64,000 nt of DNA from Dendrobates tinctorius. Lineage: Eukaryota. Each line of letters starts with the position of its first letter. Position 1 is the first letter of the stretch. Of the stretch, positions 49,161-59,357 are shown piece after piece. The position numbers and the translations under genes were made by a program. The notes under the pieces are model-generated. The model was not told the origin of the DNA, did not search any database, and worked only from the letters and a program-made list of their open reading frames with translations. Where the stretch lies: the NCBI RefSeq assembly GCF_039654945.1, contig NW_027361908.1, forward strand, positions 7,874,001 to 7,938,000. The letters are read 5' to 3'.

Positions 49161-52100
49161 AGGAGCAGGGAGAGGTAAATATTGCAAATGCTGGGGCCCT
49201 GCCCAAGCAAGGGGGGCCCACTCGTGGGCGTTGGTACTGGCACTGGGCCCCTCATAGTATGTCGGTGTGTCTGACGGCGGGTGTGCACCCCCACTGTCAG
49301 AGGCACTTGATTGCACTATGAGGGACCCTGTGCCAGTGCTGGCGCCCAAGAGTCGGCCCACCCACCTGTCCACTCGCACGGTTGCGTGCGCTAGGTGGTG
49401 ACCCCGGCCATGGGGAAGGGAGGCAGCCCAGTTAGTGAGGTTTAAAAAATTGCATATGTTGATGTTGGACATTCAGCAGCTGCAAATGGAGGAATTGGAG
49501 AAGTCCGAGGAAGAGAAGGACAAAAGCGAGCCATTTTTCTGGCAACTTAAGTGTCATCAGGGGAAGGTGGGACAAAATCCTTTGAAACTCATGCATGGTT
49601 CATTTTAATGAAGGTTAGATCATCCACATTTTGGGTCGACAGACGGGTCCTTTTTTCTGTCAGGATTGAGCCAGCAGCATTGAAGACTCTTTCCGATAGC
49701 ATACTAGCAGCATGGCAAGCGAGCTCCTGTAAGGCATATTGTGCCGATTCAGGCCAGTCGTCCAGTTTAGAGGCCCAATAGTCAAAGGGGAATCACCTGT
49801 GAGGGAGAGCATCGATATGGGACGAGAAGTAGTTTGTAACCATAGTTGACAACTGCTGTCTCCTGTCACTTTCAATCGATGCAGTATTACCAGTCGTGTG
49901 AGCGGGACTTGAAAAATCAGTCCACAATATGGTCATGAAACCCCTGTCTCCAATGCCACTTCTGATGTGTGCACCACGAGCACCTCTTCCATGTTACCCC
50001 CTATGGCTCGTTGGAGAACCATCACCGCTGCTGTGTGCTGGGAATGCCTCAAACAAACAGTTTACCAGAGTTGCTTGTTTGTTAGCCAATATTAGGTCAA
50101 GGTTCTCCTGTGGCATGATGTTTTGGAATTTGCCTTTATAGCGTGGATCCAGGATGCTGGCCAATGAATAGTCATCATCGTTCATCATTTTGGCAATGCG
50201 GGGGTCCCTTTTTAGGATCTGCAAGGCATAATCTGACATGTGGGCCAATGTTCCAGGTGTCAATGATGCACTGCGAGTGCTGGGTGGAGGAGCACTTTCT
50301 GGCAAATCCACATCCCTCCAGTCACACACAAACCCTGTACCAGACCTTGCCATGCCAACATTTTCTCTTGCCCCACGAGAAGCATCCTCCTCCCCTAAAT
50401 AATCATCCCCATCATCATCCTCCTTCTACTCTTCCTCTTCTTCCTCCACCTCGTCGAGGAGAGGTCCCGGAGCAGACAATGGCTGACTGTCTTCAAGGCT
50501 TCCCTCCTCCTCTTCCTCATCCTCCTCGGCTGCAGATGCCTGCTCCTTAATGTGCATCAAAGTTTGCATGAGCAGATGCATAAGTGGAATGCTCATGCTT
50601 ATGACGGCGTCGTCTGCGCTTACCAGTCGTGTGCATTCCTCAAAACACTGAAGAACTTTGCAGAGGTCTTTCAGCTTCGACCACTGCACACCCGACAACT
50701 CCATGTCTGCCTTCAAAGTGCCTGGCCGTGTATCCTCCCACAAATGCATTACAGCCTGCCTCTGTTCGCACAGCCTCTCAACCATGTGCAGGGTAGAGTT
50801 CCACCTTGTTGCAACGTCAATAGTTAGGCGGCGCATGGGAAGTTGGAGCAATCGCTGCTGCTTTTACATACGACTGGAGTGTACGGGTGACCGGCGGATA
50901 TGTGAGCTCAGTGTTCGGACCTTCTGGAGCAGGCCTGTTAACTCCGGATAATTATTGAGGAAGCACTGCACCACCAGGTTCAAGGTGTGAGCCAGGCAAG
51001 GTATGTGTCAGAGTTTTGAAAGGGTTATAGCTGCCACAAAATTCCAGCCGTTATCACTAACTACCTTGCCTGCCTCAAAATGTAGACTACCCAGCCATGA
51101 CTCAGTTTGTCACTGCAAGTAGTCAGCCAGTACCTCCGCGGTGTGTATGTCGCCCAAACACATCATCTTCAACACAGCCTGCTGACACTTACCACCACAT
51201 TAACCCAGTGCGCAGTGATGGACACATAACGGCCCTGGCCATGCCTACTGGACCATGCATCTGTTGTGAGGTGCACCTTTCCACTCACTGATTTCTTAAG
51301 TGCAAGGACAATGCAGTCTTTCACATGAAGGTGGAGGGCTGGAATGGCTTTGCGAGAAAAGAAGTGCCGACTGGGTAGGTCATAGCGTGGTACTACGTAG
51401 GCCATGAGTTTGCGGAAAGCTTCGCTTTCAACCAACCGGTAGGGCATCATCTCTAACGAGATTAGTTTGGCAATGTGCGTGTTCAAACCCAGTGTACATG
51501 GATGAGAGGATGAGTACTTTCTTGTCCTATTCATAGTCTCTGGTACGGTGAGCAGGACTTGAGAGCTGCATATGGTGGAACTAGCGGTGGACATGGAGGA
51601 CTGAGAGAGGGTTGATGATGGTGATGGAGTTGGTGTTCTTTCTGTTGGCCTAGATTCAGTCTTTCGTAGCAATAACATTGTGATTCCCTGACTGCTTTGG
51701 CTTTGCGACGACACCTCAACATTTGCTGCTGGTGGTGTGCTAACCGGTGGGCTTACAGTGGGGAAACGATGTAGTGTTGCTGACTACCTTCATTGGGAGC
51801 AGTTGCACATGTGGTTCGTGAGGCTGGTTGTTCGTCCATGCTTGCAAGTGCATGGTGGTTAAATGTCTAAGCATGCAACTGGTATTCAAATTTCTCAGAT
51901 TTTTCCCTCGGCTAAAGGTCTTTGAGCACTTCTTACAGATAACCTTGGCTGTTGTGAGTTCATTTTCCCCTTCACCGTCGATGTCTGATGAACTCCCTCT
52001 TCTGGTGAAGGAAGGTAGTGAGGCTGATTTCCAAACACCTGATCTGGTAGATGATGACTGGGTAACAGGAACTTCTGACTGGATATAAGGCAGCCGACGC

Positions 52101-53073
52101 CCTTCTGAGTCGCTGGTGATTTCTCTGCTGGATTCTTGGAGACCAGTCTGACTCCTGCTTCCCAAAGATAAGTTTTTGCTCTGCTATTGAACTTATTAGT
52201 TTTGTTTTTTTTACCTTGTTTTCTGGAGTTCAGCCATCCCCAGTCGGGGGTGTGCTGAGTTCCATTTTTGTCTCTGATCAGTTTGTCTCTTTGCTCTGTC
52301 TTCAGAATTTACCTGAGTGCTGATATAGTCATTTTGAAGTCCTAGTGACTTCAGGGCCTGTTTTTCCTATCAGACGGTTGAGACATTTTTTGGTAGGGTT
52401 TTTTACGGATTGCAGACAGCAGCTTTTCTATCCTGTCCTTTTTAGTTAGCTTGGGCCCCATCATTTGCTCAACCTATCTTTCTATCTGTGTTAGTGTTTT
52501 CATCTTGCTTCACCGTCATTATTAGAGTTGAGCGAAACGGGTCGAAAAATTTCAAAAGTCGCCGACTTTTGGCAAAGTCGGGTTTCATGAAACGAAACCC
52601 GACCCTAGGATGAGGTCGGCCACGAGGTCGGCGACTTACGCAGTACCGTGTAATGGCTGTTATCACAGCCAGAGTGAAGCTATCTGTGTGTCACTCTGTG
52701 AGAATAAGTCGAGGACATGTTCCGTTCTTACAGACCTGCACCTACTAGTTTTGTCTAGCTTTCAAACAGTTAAATATATTTGCTGTTTGATCACATTCAA
52801 AACTATAGAGAGACAGCGTGTGTCAGTCCGTATACTTAAAAAACACGGAGCTTGACAATTTTACGTACACCGGACAGCCGTGTACGTGCACGCTCCTCTC
52901 AGTACCGTGTAACGGCTGTTATCACGGCCACAGTGAAGCTATCTGTGTGTCACTGTGGAAGGATAAGTGGAGGACTTGTTCCGTTCTTACAGACCTACAC
53001 TCTAGGGAGATCCCTATTCTGCCCAATTCTACATACACCTTGTAGTTTGTGATACACTAGCCAATTTCTGCCT

Positions 53074-53420
53074 GTGACATAGCGCTCTGATATTCAGTGG
53101 GCCTCACACAATCCAAAAGTGTCCAGTGTCCACTAGTGTCTGCAGAAATTCAAAATCTCCCTTATCCTGTAGTCACTTTTTTCACACCTGTGCCATCGAG
53201 CCTGTGACATAGCGCTCTGATATTCAGTGGGCCTCACACAATCCATAAGTGTCCAGTGTCCACAAGTGTGTGCAGAAATTCAAAATCTCTGTGATCCTGT
53301 AGTCACTTTTTTTACACCTGTGCCATCGAGCCTGTGACATAGTGCTCTGATATACAGTGGGCCTCACACAATCCATAAGTGTCCAGTGTCCACAAGTATG
53401 TGCAGAAATTCAAAATCTCC
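53074..53420. repeat. ~129-bp tandem array (about 3 units) in the hAT 5' region
   Basis: Unit TGTGACATAGCGCTCTGATATTCAGTGGGCCTCACACAATCC... Confidence 0.85.
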
Positions 53421-53497
53421 CCTGTCCTATGGACACCTTGTACCTTGTTTTACATTACTATATAGTTTGTTGGATTTTGTCTACATTTCTACCAAAA

Positions 53498-54262
53498 ATG
53501 AGGAAGGCTGGTGGAAGAGGCCGTGGAATTGGGCGGGGGTTGGCAGCTGGTAATGATGGTGTTGGTGGTGGATCTGATGGTAGTGGCAAGAGCAAAATAG
53601 GACCGAATGCAGGAGGTGTTGAGCCTGCGTCATCGTCTGGCTCCATAAGGCTTCGAAGGCTTAGTTTTCTAGGAGTTGGCAAACTGCTTTTAAAGCCAGA
53701 GCATCAGGAAAAAGTTTTGTCTTACATTGCTGACTCAGCCTCCAGCTCTATCGCCTCCTCTTCTTCAGTTGTAAAAAGTAAAAGCACTGAGTCGTCATTG
53801 GAGGCTCATGTTCATGAACCACACCTTTCCTTGTGTCCTTCACCCCAACCAAGATTGAAGGATGACGCAGGCCATACTACTGATTACTCCATGGAGCTGT
53901 TTTCACATACCATGCCTGGATTATCAAGTGAAATGGTGAATTACCCAGGCCAAGATGAATCTGACATGGAGTGCACTGATGCCCAGCCACTGCTCGATGA
54001 ATCTGCTGGTACATTGACCCAGACCACTACATTCCCCTCGCATGCTACACGGCCTGAATCTGACCCTGATGAAACTCAGGTTACCCTTCCCATATACAGT
54101 TCCATCTTACACGGTGACAAAGAGGAAGCTGCAGATGAAAGTGCAGGTTCAGCCCACCCGCCATCAGACACACCACCATACTATCAGGGGCCCTGTGCCA
54201 GTGCCGTCGCCAACGAGTGGGCCCCCCCTGCTTGCTCAGGATCACAGCACTTGCAAGGTTGA
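53498..54262 (+). CDS. Intact 254-aa ORF: transposase N-terminal region only (no BED or DDE domain)
   Basis: MRKAGGRGRG start matches the autonomous ATG at 60891. Open to 54262. Confidence 0.55.
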   Translation: MRKAGGRGRGIGRGLAAGNDGVGGGSDGSGKSKIGPNAGGVEPASSSGSIRLRRLSFLGVGKLLLKPEHQEKVLSYIADSASSSIASSSSVVKSKSTESSLEAHVHEPHLSLCPSPQPRLKDDAGHTTDYSMELFSHTMPGLSSEMVNYPGQDESDMECTDAQPLLDESAGTLTQTTTFPSHATRPESDPDETQVTLPIYSSILHGDKEEAADESAGSAHPPSDTPPYYQGPCASAVANEWAPPACSGSQHLQG

Positions 54263-55364
54263 AATACTGTGCAGTGAGATGGAAGATGGGGACGACGAGG
54301 AGTCCAGACTAGTACAGGGATTCCGTAGCGAGGAGACTTATTTGATTGTTTTCAATGTTGGGACAGCAATTTTTGGGGAGCACTATACTCTGGAGAATGA
54401 TAGATGGGGCCCACCATACACTGGAACATTCCAAAGGTGGACATCAGACACTGGAGCAGCATTTACAGGGCCCATTATACACTAGAGCATTAGAAATGGG
54501 GCCCATTATGTTTGGAGCATTATTTGGGCCCATAAGACAGTGAAGCTACATCCATGGGGACCAACATATACTGTAGCATTATGTGGAGCTCATCATATAC
54601 TGTTTCAAACATTATATGGGACCAATGATTCTGTATGGAGAAATAGATGGGCCTCGTCATGAGATGTAAAAAGTGAAGTGTTTTTCATTGTACTATACCG
54701 CTATTTCTCTGCCGTATCGGAGCATGATGAGTTGTGGTATGTGTTAAAGGGGTGCTCTTTCGCCCAGGGCACATGAAAACCTGGAGCCAGCCCTATCCCC
54801 CCACAACTTTAGCCAAATAACCCCCATTTTTCAGTGCGTAACTTGTATTATGAAGTTAATTAAGGTTGACAAGCTTAAGTAAGAAGAATTGATGCTTTTG
54901 GCATTCAAATGGGCACTGTAGGTGTGTTTCCTGTCCTCCTCTCACTGCCGACTTTTATTCCCCATTGACTTACATTGGGTTTCGTGTTTCGGGACGACCC
55001 CGACTTTTCCCTATAATCGGCCGATCTTGCTCGACCCGACTTTTGGAAAAGTCGGGTTTCACGAAACGAAACTCGACCCTAAAAAACCAAAAGTCGCTCA
55101 ACTCTAGTCATTATATGTTGGGGGCTGCCTGTTGCTTTGGGGTCTGCTCCGGGGCAGTTTAGATTTCCCCTTTCTTTCTTTAGGCCTATTTAGTTCTCCG
55201 GCTGTGATCGAGGGGTCTAGGGCATTGTAGGAACCCCCCACGGCTACTGCTAGTTGTTGTGGATAGGATCAGGGGTCTGCAATCCGATAGCTACCAACCT
55301 CTCCGGTTTTCTGGACTTAGCTTGTATTTTTGTTTTTTCCTCCTTCGGTGACTCATTCATAACA

Positions 55365-55375
55365 GAATCACCAGC
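55365..55375 (+). promoter_or_regulatory. Self-priming PBS (Tf1-type)
   Basis: GAATCACCAGC immediately after the 5' LTR. AATCACCAGC is complementary to GCTGGTGATT at 52112-52121, ~28 nt downstream of the TATAA at 52084. Confidence 0.75.
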
Positions 55376-55505
55376 TATACCGCAGATCCTAGGGTACTCA
55401 ATAGCAGGAAAGAATTGTAAAAAAAAAAGAGTTTGTCAGAATTTTTTTTTGTGTATATTTTTTCCTCTATGTTTCTAAGGCTGTAGGGGGAATATTTTTT
55501 TCTCA

Positions 55506-56258
55506 ATGGAGATGAAGCAATTGTCTGATCATGTGGAGCAGCTCACTGCTGAAGTGCGGGGAATTTCCGCCTATCTTGCTCATTCACATGCTGCTGAACC
55601 AAAGATCCCTACTCCTGATGTGTTTTTTGGGGATCGGTCTAAATTTTTGAATTTTAAGAATAATTGTAAATTATTTTTTGCCTTGAAGCCTAACTCGTCA
55701 GGGAGCTCCGCACAGCAGGTTAAAATTTTCATCTCTTTGCTGCGCGGCGATCCCCAGGATTGGGCGTTTTCTTTGAAACCTGATGATCCTATTCTTACTA
55801 ATGTGAATGCATTTTTTCAAGCCTTGGGGTTGTTGTATGATGAACCTAATGCTATTGATCAGGCTGAAAAGGCCCTGTTGGCATTGAGCCAGGGTCGGGA
55901 TTCTGCAGAGATGTACTGTCAAAAATTGCAAAAGTGGGCGGTCCTTACTACCTGGAATGATGGTGCCTTGGCAGCTCTCTTTCGGAAGGGTTTGTCAGAA
56001 ACTGTAAAAGATACTATGGTGGGATTTCCTCTTCCTGCTGGTCTTGACGATTCTATGTCATTAGCCATTCAGGTTGATCGGCGTTTGCGTGAACGCAAAA
56101 CCGCACGAGAGGTGTTGCCACCTGTTGAACAAATGTCTGACCCTATGCAATGTGATAGAGTTTTGTCTAGGGCGCAACGTCATGAGTTCAGAAGGCGTAA
56201 TAAGCTGTGTTTCTTCTGTGGTGATGCCTCGCATATTATTTCTGTCTGCCCTAAATGA
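55506..56258 (+). CDS. gag: Gag (retrotransposon capsid + CCHC zinc knuckle)
   Basis: PDVFFGDRSKF...LSQGRDSAEMY...FRKGLSETVKD and CFFCGDASHIISVC. Confidence 0.9.
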   Translation: MEMKQLSDHVEQLTAEVRGISAYLAHSHAAEPKIPTPDVFFGDRSKFLNFKNNCKLFFALKPNSSGSSAQQVKIFISLLRGDPQDWAFSLKPDDPILTNVNAFFQALGLLYDEPNAIDQAEKALLALSQGRDSAEMYCQKLQKWAVLTTWNDGALAALFRKGLSETVKDTMVGFPLPAGLDDSMSLAIQVDRRLRERKTAREVLPPVEQMSDPMQCDRVLSRAQRHEFRRRNKLCFFCGDASHIISVCPK

Positions 56259-56577
56259 GAGAAACGTTTTGCACACACATTTGCTGTGGGTGGTGTTCAA
56301 CCTAAGTTTCTTCTGGCAATTACTCTGATCTGCTCCCTGTCCACATTTTCCGCTAAGGCTTTTGTGGATTCTGGAGCAGCTCTGAACCTGATGGACTTGG
56401 ATTTTGCTAAACGTTGTGGATTTCCTATGACACCTCTGCGGACACCTATCCCTTTGAGGGGTATTGATGCTACTCCTTTGGCGAAGAATAAACCTCAGTT
56501 TTGGACCCAGGTGGTAATGCGGGTCGCCCCAGACCATCAAGAGAATTGCAGATTTTTGGTGTTGCATAATTTGCATG
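56259..56577 (+). pseudogene. pol: Aspartic protease, in frame with gag after one TGA, truncated
   Basis: AFVDSGAALNLMD motif. Confidence 0.85.
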
Positions 56578-57069
56578 ATTTACAGGGCCCATTATACACT
56601 AGAGCATTAGAAATGGGGCCCATTATGTTTGGAGCATTATTTGGGCCCATAAGACAGTGAAGCTACATCCATGGGGACCAACATATACTGTAGCATTATG
56701 TGGAGCTCATCATATACTGTTTCAAAACATTATATGGGACCAATGATTCTGTATGGAGAAATAGATGGGCCTCGTCATGAGATGTAAAAAGTGAAGTGTT
56801 TTTCATTGTACTATACCGCTATTTCTCTGCCGTATCGGAGCATGATGAGTTGCGGTATGTGTTAAAGGGGCGCTCTTTCGCCCAGGGCACATGAAAACCT
56901 GGAGCCAGCCCTATCCCCCCACAACTTTAGCCAAATAACCCCCATTTTTCAGTGCGTAACTTGTATTATGAAGTTAATTAAGGTTGACAAGCTTAAGTAA
57001 GAAGAATTGATGCTTTTGGCATTCAAATGGGCACTGTAGGTGTGTTTCCTGTCCTCCTCTCACTGCCGA
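56578..57069 (+). repeat. Templated duplicate of 54461-54951 replacing the RT domain
   Basis: Near-identical to the donor (two CpG transitions and one 1-bp indel seen). No TIR or TSD. Confidence 0.92.
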
Positions 57070-59094
57070 AGGTTCACTTCTGCTCCGGTTTTACGGCAAC
57101 CTGATGTCTCACTCCCGTTTCAGGTAGAAGTGGATGCTTCTGAGATTGGTGCAGGAGCTGTTTTGTCCCAAAAAGATCCTGTAACATCTAAAATGAATCC
57201 CTGTGCTTTCTTTTCCCGAAAGTTCTCCCCATCTGAATGTAACTATGATGTGGGGAATCGGGAACTGTTAGCCATGAAATGGGCATTTGAGGAGTGGAGA
57301 CATTGGTTGGAGGGAGCTAAACATCAAGTCGTGGTCCTTACTGACCACAAGAATTTGATTTACCTGGAGTCGGCCAAACGCTTGAATCCTAGACAGGCTA
57401 GGTGGGCCTTGTTTTTCACACGTTTTTATTTTGTGGTCTCTTTTCTTCCGGGCACTAAGAATGTCAAGACAGACGCCCCCTCTAGGAGTTTCTTTGCTGA
57501 TTCTCCTGTTGTGACCAAGCCTGCTACCATCTTAGGTGAGGGGGTAGTTCTTTCTGCCATCTCGCCCGATTTGAGATGTGCTCTGGAAGAGTTTCAGGAG
57601 GACAAACCTGAGCGTTGTCCCATTGGAAAATTGTATGTTCCTGACCAATGGAGGAAGAGAGTGATGTCTGAAGTTCATTGCTCTGCATTGGCTGGTCATC
57701 CAGGTATTTTTGGTACTAGAGATTTGGTGAGTCGGTCTTTTTGGTGGCCCGCCTTGTCTCGTGATGTCAGGAATTTTGTGCAGTCCTGTGGGACTTGCTC
57801 TCGGTCTAAACCTTGTTCTCTCTCTAGTGGGTTGTTGATGCCTTTGCCGGTGCCCAGGAGGCCATGGACCCATAATTCAATGGATTTTATCTCTGATATG
57901 CCTGTTTCTCAGAGAATGACCGTTATTTGGGTGATTTGTGATAGATTCTCTAAGATGGTCCATCTTGTACCACTCCCTAAGTTGCCATCTTCCTCAGAGT
58001 TGGTGCCCTTGTTTTTGCAACAGGTGGTTCGCTTGCACGGGATTCCTGAGAACATTGTATCTGACAGAAGAGTTCAGTTTGTGTCTAGATTTTGGAGGAC
58101 TTTCTGTTCCAAGCTGGGAATTCAGTTGTCCTTCTCCTCTGCGTTTCACCCTCCGACCAATGGGCAGACGGAGAGAACAAACCAGACTTTGGAGTCGTAT
58201 TTGAGATATTTTATTTCCGCTGATCAGGATGACTGGGTTTCATTTTTGCCCTTGGCTGAATTTGCTTTAAATAATAGAGCTAGTTCTGCCACTTTGATGT
58301 CACCTTTTTTTTGTAACTTTGGGTTTCATCCTCGATTCTCTTCAGGGCAGGTGGAGCCTTCTGCCTGCCCAGGTGTTGAGACTGTGGTGGAGAGAATGCA
58401 CCAGTTCTGGGACCAAGTGCTGGATAAGTTGTCTCTCTCCCAGGAAAAAGCCCAGCAGTTTTTCAACCGGCATAGGACCATTGGTCCACAGTTTAAGGTG
58501 GGTGATATGGTTTGGTTGTCATCAAAGAATATCGCTATGAAGGTGGCTTCTCCAAAGTTTAAACCTAGATTTATTGGACCTTACAAGATTTTTGAGTTTC
58601 TTAATCCAGTCTCTTTTCGATTGGCTCTTCCTGTTACATTTAAGATCCATAACGTGTTTCATAAGTCTCTGTTAAAGAGGTTTGTTGAGCCAGTAGTTCC
58701 TGTGGTGGCACCTCCTGACCCGGTATTGGTTGAAGGTAATGTGGAATATGAGGTTGAGAAGATACTGGATTCTCGCCTGGCTAGACGGAGACTCCAGTAT
58801 TTGGTTAAATGGAAGGGTTATGGCCAGGAGGATAATTCTTGGGTCCCTGCATCCGATATTCATGCCGAAAGATTGGTTCGTGCCTTTCATCGGGCTCATC
58901 CTGATCGCCCTGGTGGCGTGGATGAGGGTTCGGTGACCCCTCCTCAAGGGGGAGGTACTGTTGTGAGTTCATTTTCCCCTTCACCGTCGATGTCTGATGA
59001 ACTCCCTCTTCTGGTGAAGGAAGGTAGTGAAGCTGATTACCAAACACCTGATCTGGTAGATGACTGGGTAACAGGAACTTCTGACTGGATATAA
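57070..59094 (+). CDS. pol: Pol C-terminal part: RNase H, integrase, chromodomain (open frame, orphaned from RT)
   Basis: VDASEIGAGAVL, RELLAMKWAFEEWRHWL, HCSALAGHPG..CGTC, MDFI, IVSDR, NGQTERTNQ, YEVEKILDSR..YLVKWKGY. The stop overlaps the 3' LTR TATA box. Confidence 0.9.
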   Translation, partial: RFTSAPVLRQPDVSLPFQVEVDASEIGAGAVLSQKDPVTSKMNPCAFFSRKFSPSECNYDVGNRELLAMKWAFEEWRHWLEGAKHQVVVLTDHKNLIYLESAKRLNPRQARWALFFTRFYFVVSFLPGTKNVKTDAPSRSFFADSPVVTKPATILGEGVVLSAISPDLRCALEEFQEDKPERCPIGKLYVPDQWRKRVMSEVHCSALAGHPGIFGTRDLVSRSFWWPALSRDVRNFVQSCGTCSRSKPCSLSSGLLMPLPVPRRPWTHNSMDFISDMPVSQRMTVIWVICDRFSKMVHLVPLPKLPSSSELVPLFLQQVVRLHGIPENIVSDRRVQFVSRFWRTFCSKLGIQLSFSSAFHPPTNGQTERTNQTLESYLRYFISADQDDWVSFLPLAEFALNNRASSATLMSPFFCNFGFHPRFSSGQVEPSACPGVETVVERMHQFWDQVLDKLSLSQEKAQQFFNRHRTIGPQFKVGDMVWLSSKNIAMKVASPKFKPRFIGPYKIFEFLNPVSFRLALPVTFKIHNVFHKSLLKRFVEPVVPVVAPPDPVLVEGNVEYEVEKILDSRLARRRLQYLVKWKGYGQEDNSWVPASDIHAERLVRAFHRAHPDRPGGVDEGSVTPPQGGGTVVSSFSPSPSMSDELPLLVKEGSEADYQTPDLVDDWVTGTSDWI

Positions 59095-59195
59095 GGCAGC
59101 CGACGCCCTTCTAAGTCGCTGGCGATTTCTCTGCTGGATTCTTGGAGACCAGTCTGACTCCTGCTTCCCAAAGATAAGTTTTTGCTCTGCTATTG

Positions 59196-59357
59196 CAGGG
59201 TTCCCCAACTCCAGTCCTCAAGGCCCACCAACAGATCATGTTTTCAGGATTTCCTTAGTATTGCTCAGGTGATAATTGCGTCACCTGTGTAATACAAAGG
59301 AAATCCTGAAAACATGATCTGTTGGTGGGCCTTGAGGACTGGAGTTGGGGAACCCTG
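59196..59357. mobile_element. 162-bp hAT-type MITE in the 3' LTR
   Basis: CAGGGTTCCCCAACTCC...GGAGTTGGGGAACCCTG with TSD TGCTATTG. The empty site is in the 5' LTR at ~52182. Confidence 0.95.

Larger units (their letters stand above)
52523..55106 (+). mobile_element. Non-autonomous hAT (same family) inserted in the 5' LTR
   Basis: TAGAGTTGAGCG...CGCTCAACTCTA with TSD GTCATTAT (52515-52522 and 55107-55114). The empty site is present in the 3' LTR at ~59691. Confidence 0.95.

Noticed and set aside
51740-52165. 141-aa ORF with a BED-like CxxC...H motif as a novel gene
   Set aside because: It is a chimera of antisense LTR sequence and the interrupted transposase BED finger.
56578-57069. Assembly artefact or independent hAT insertion
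   Set aside because: It differs from the donor by CpG-type transitions (argues against an artefact) and lacks TIRs and a TSD (argues against transposition). Read-level confirmation is still needed.
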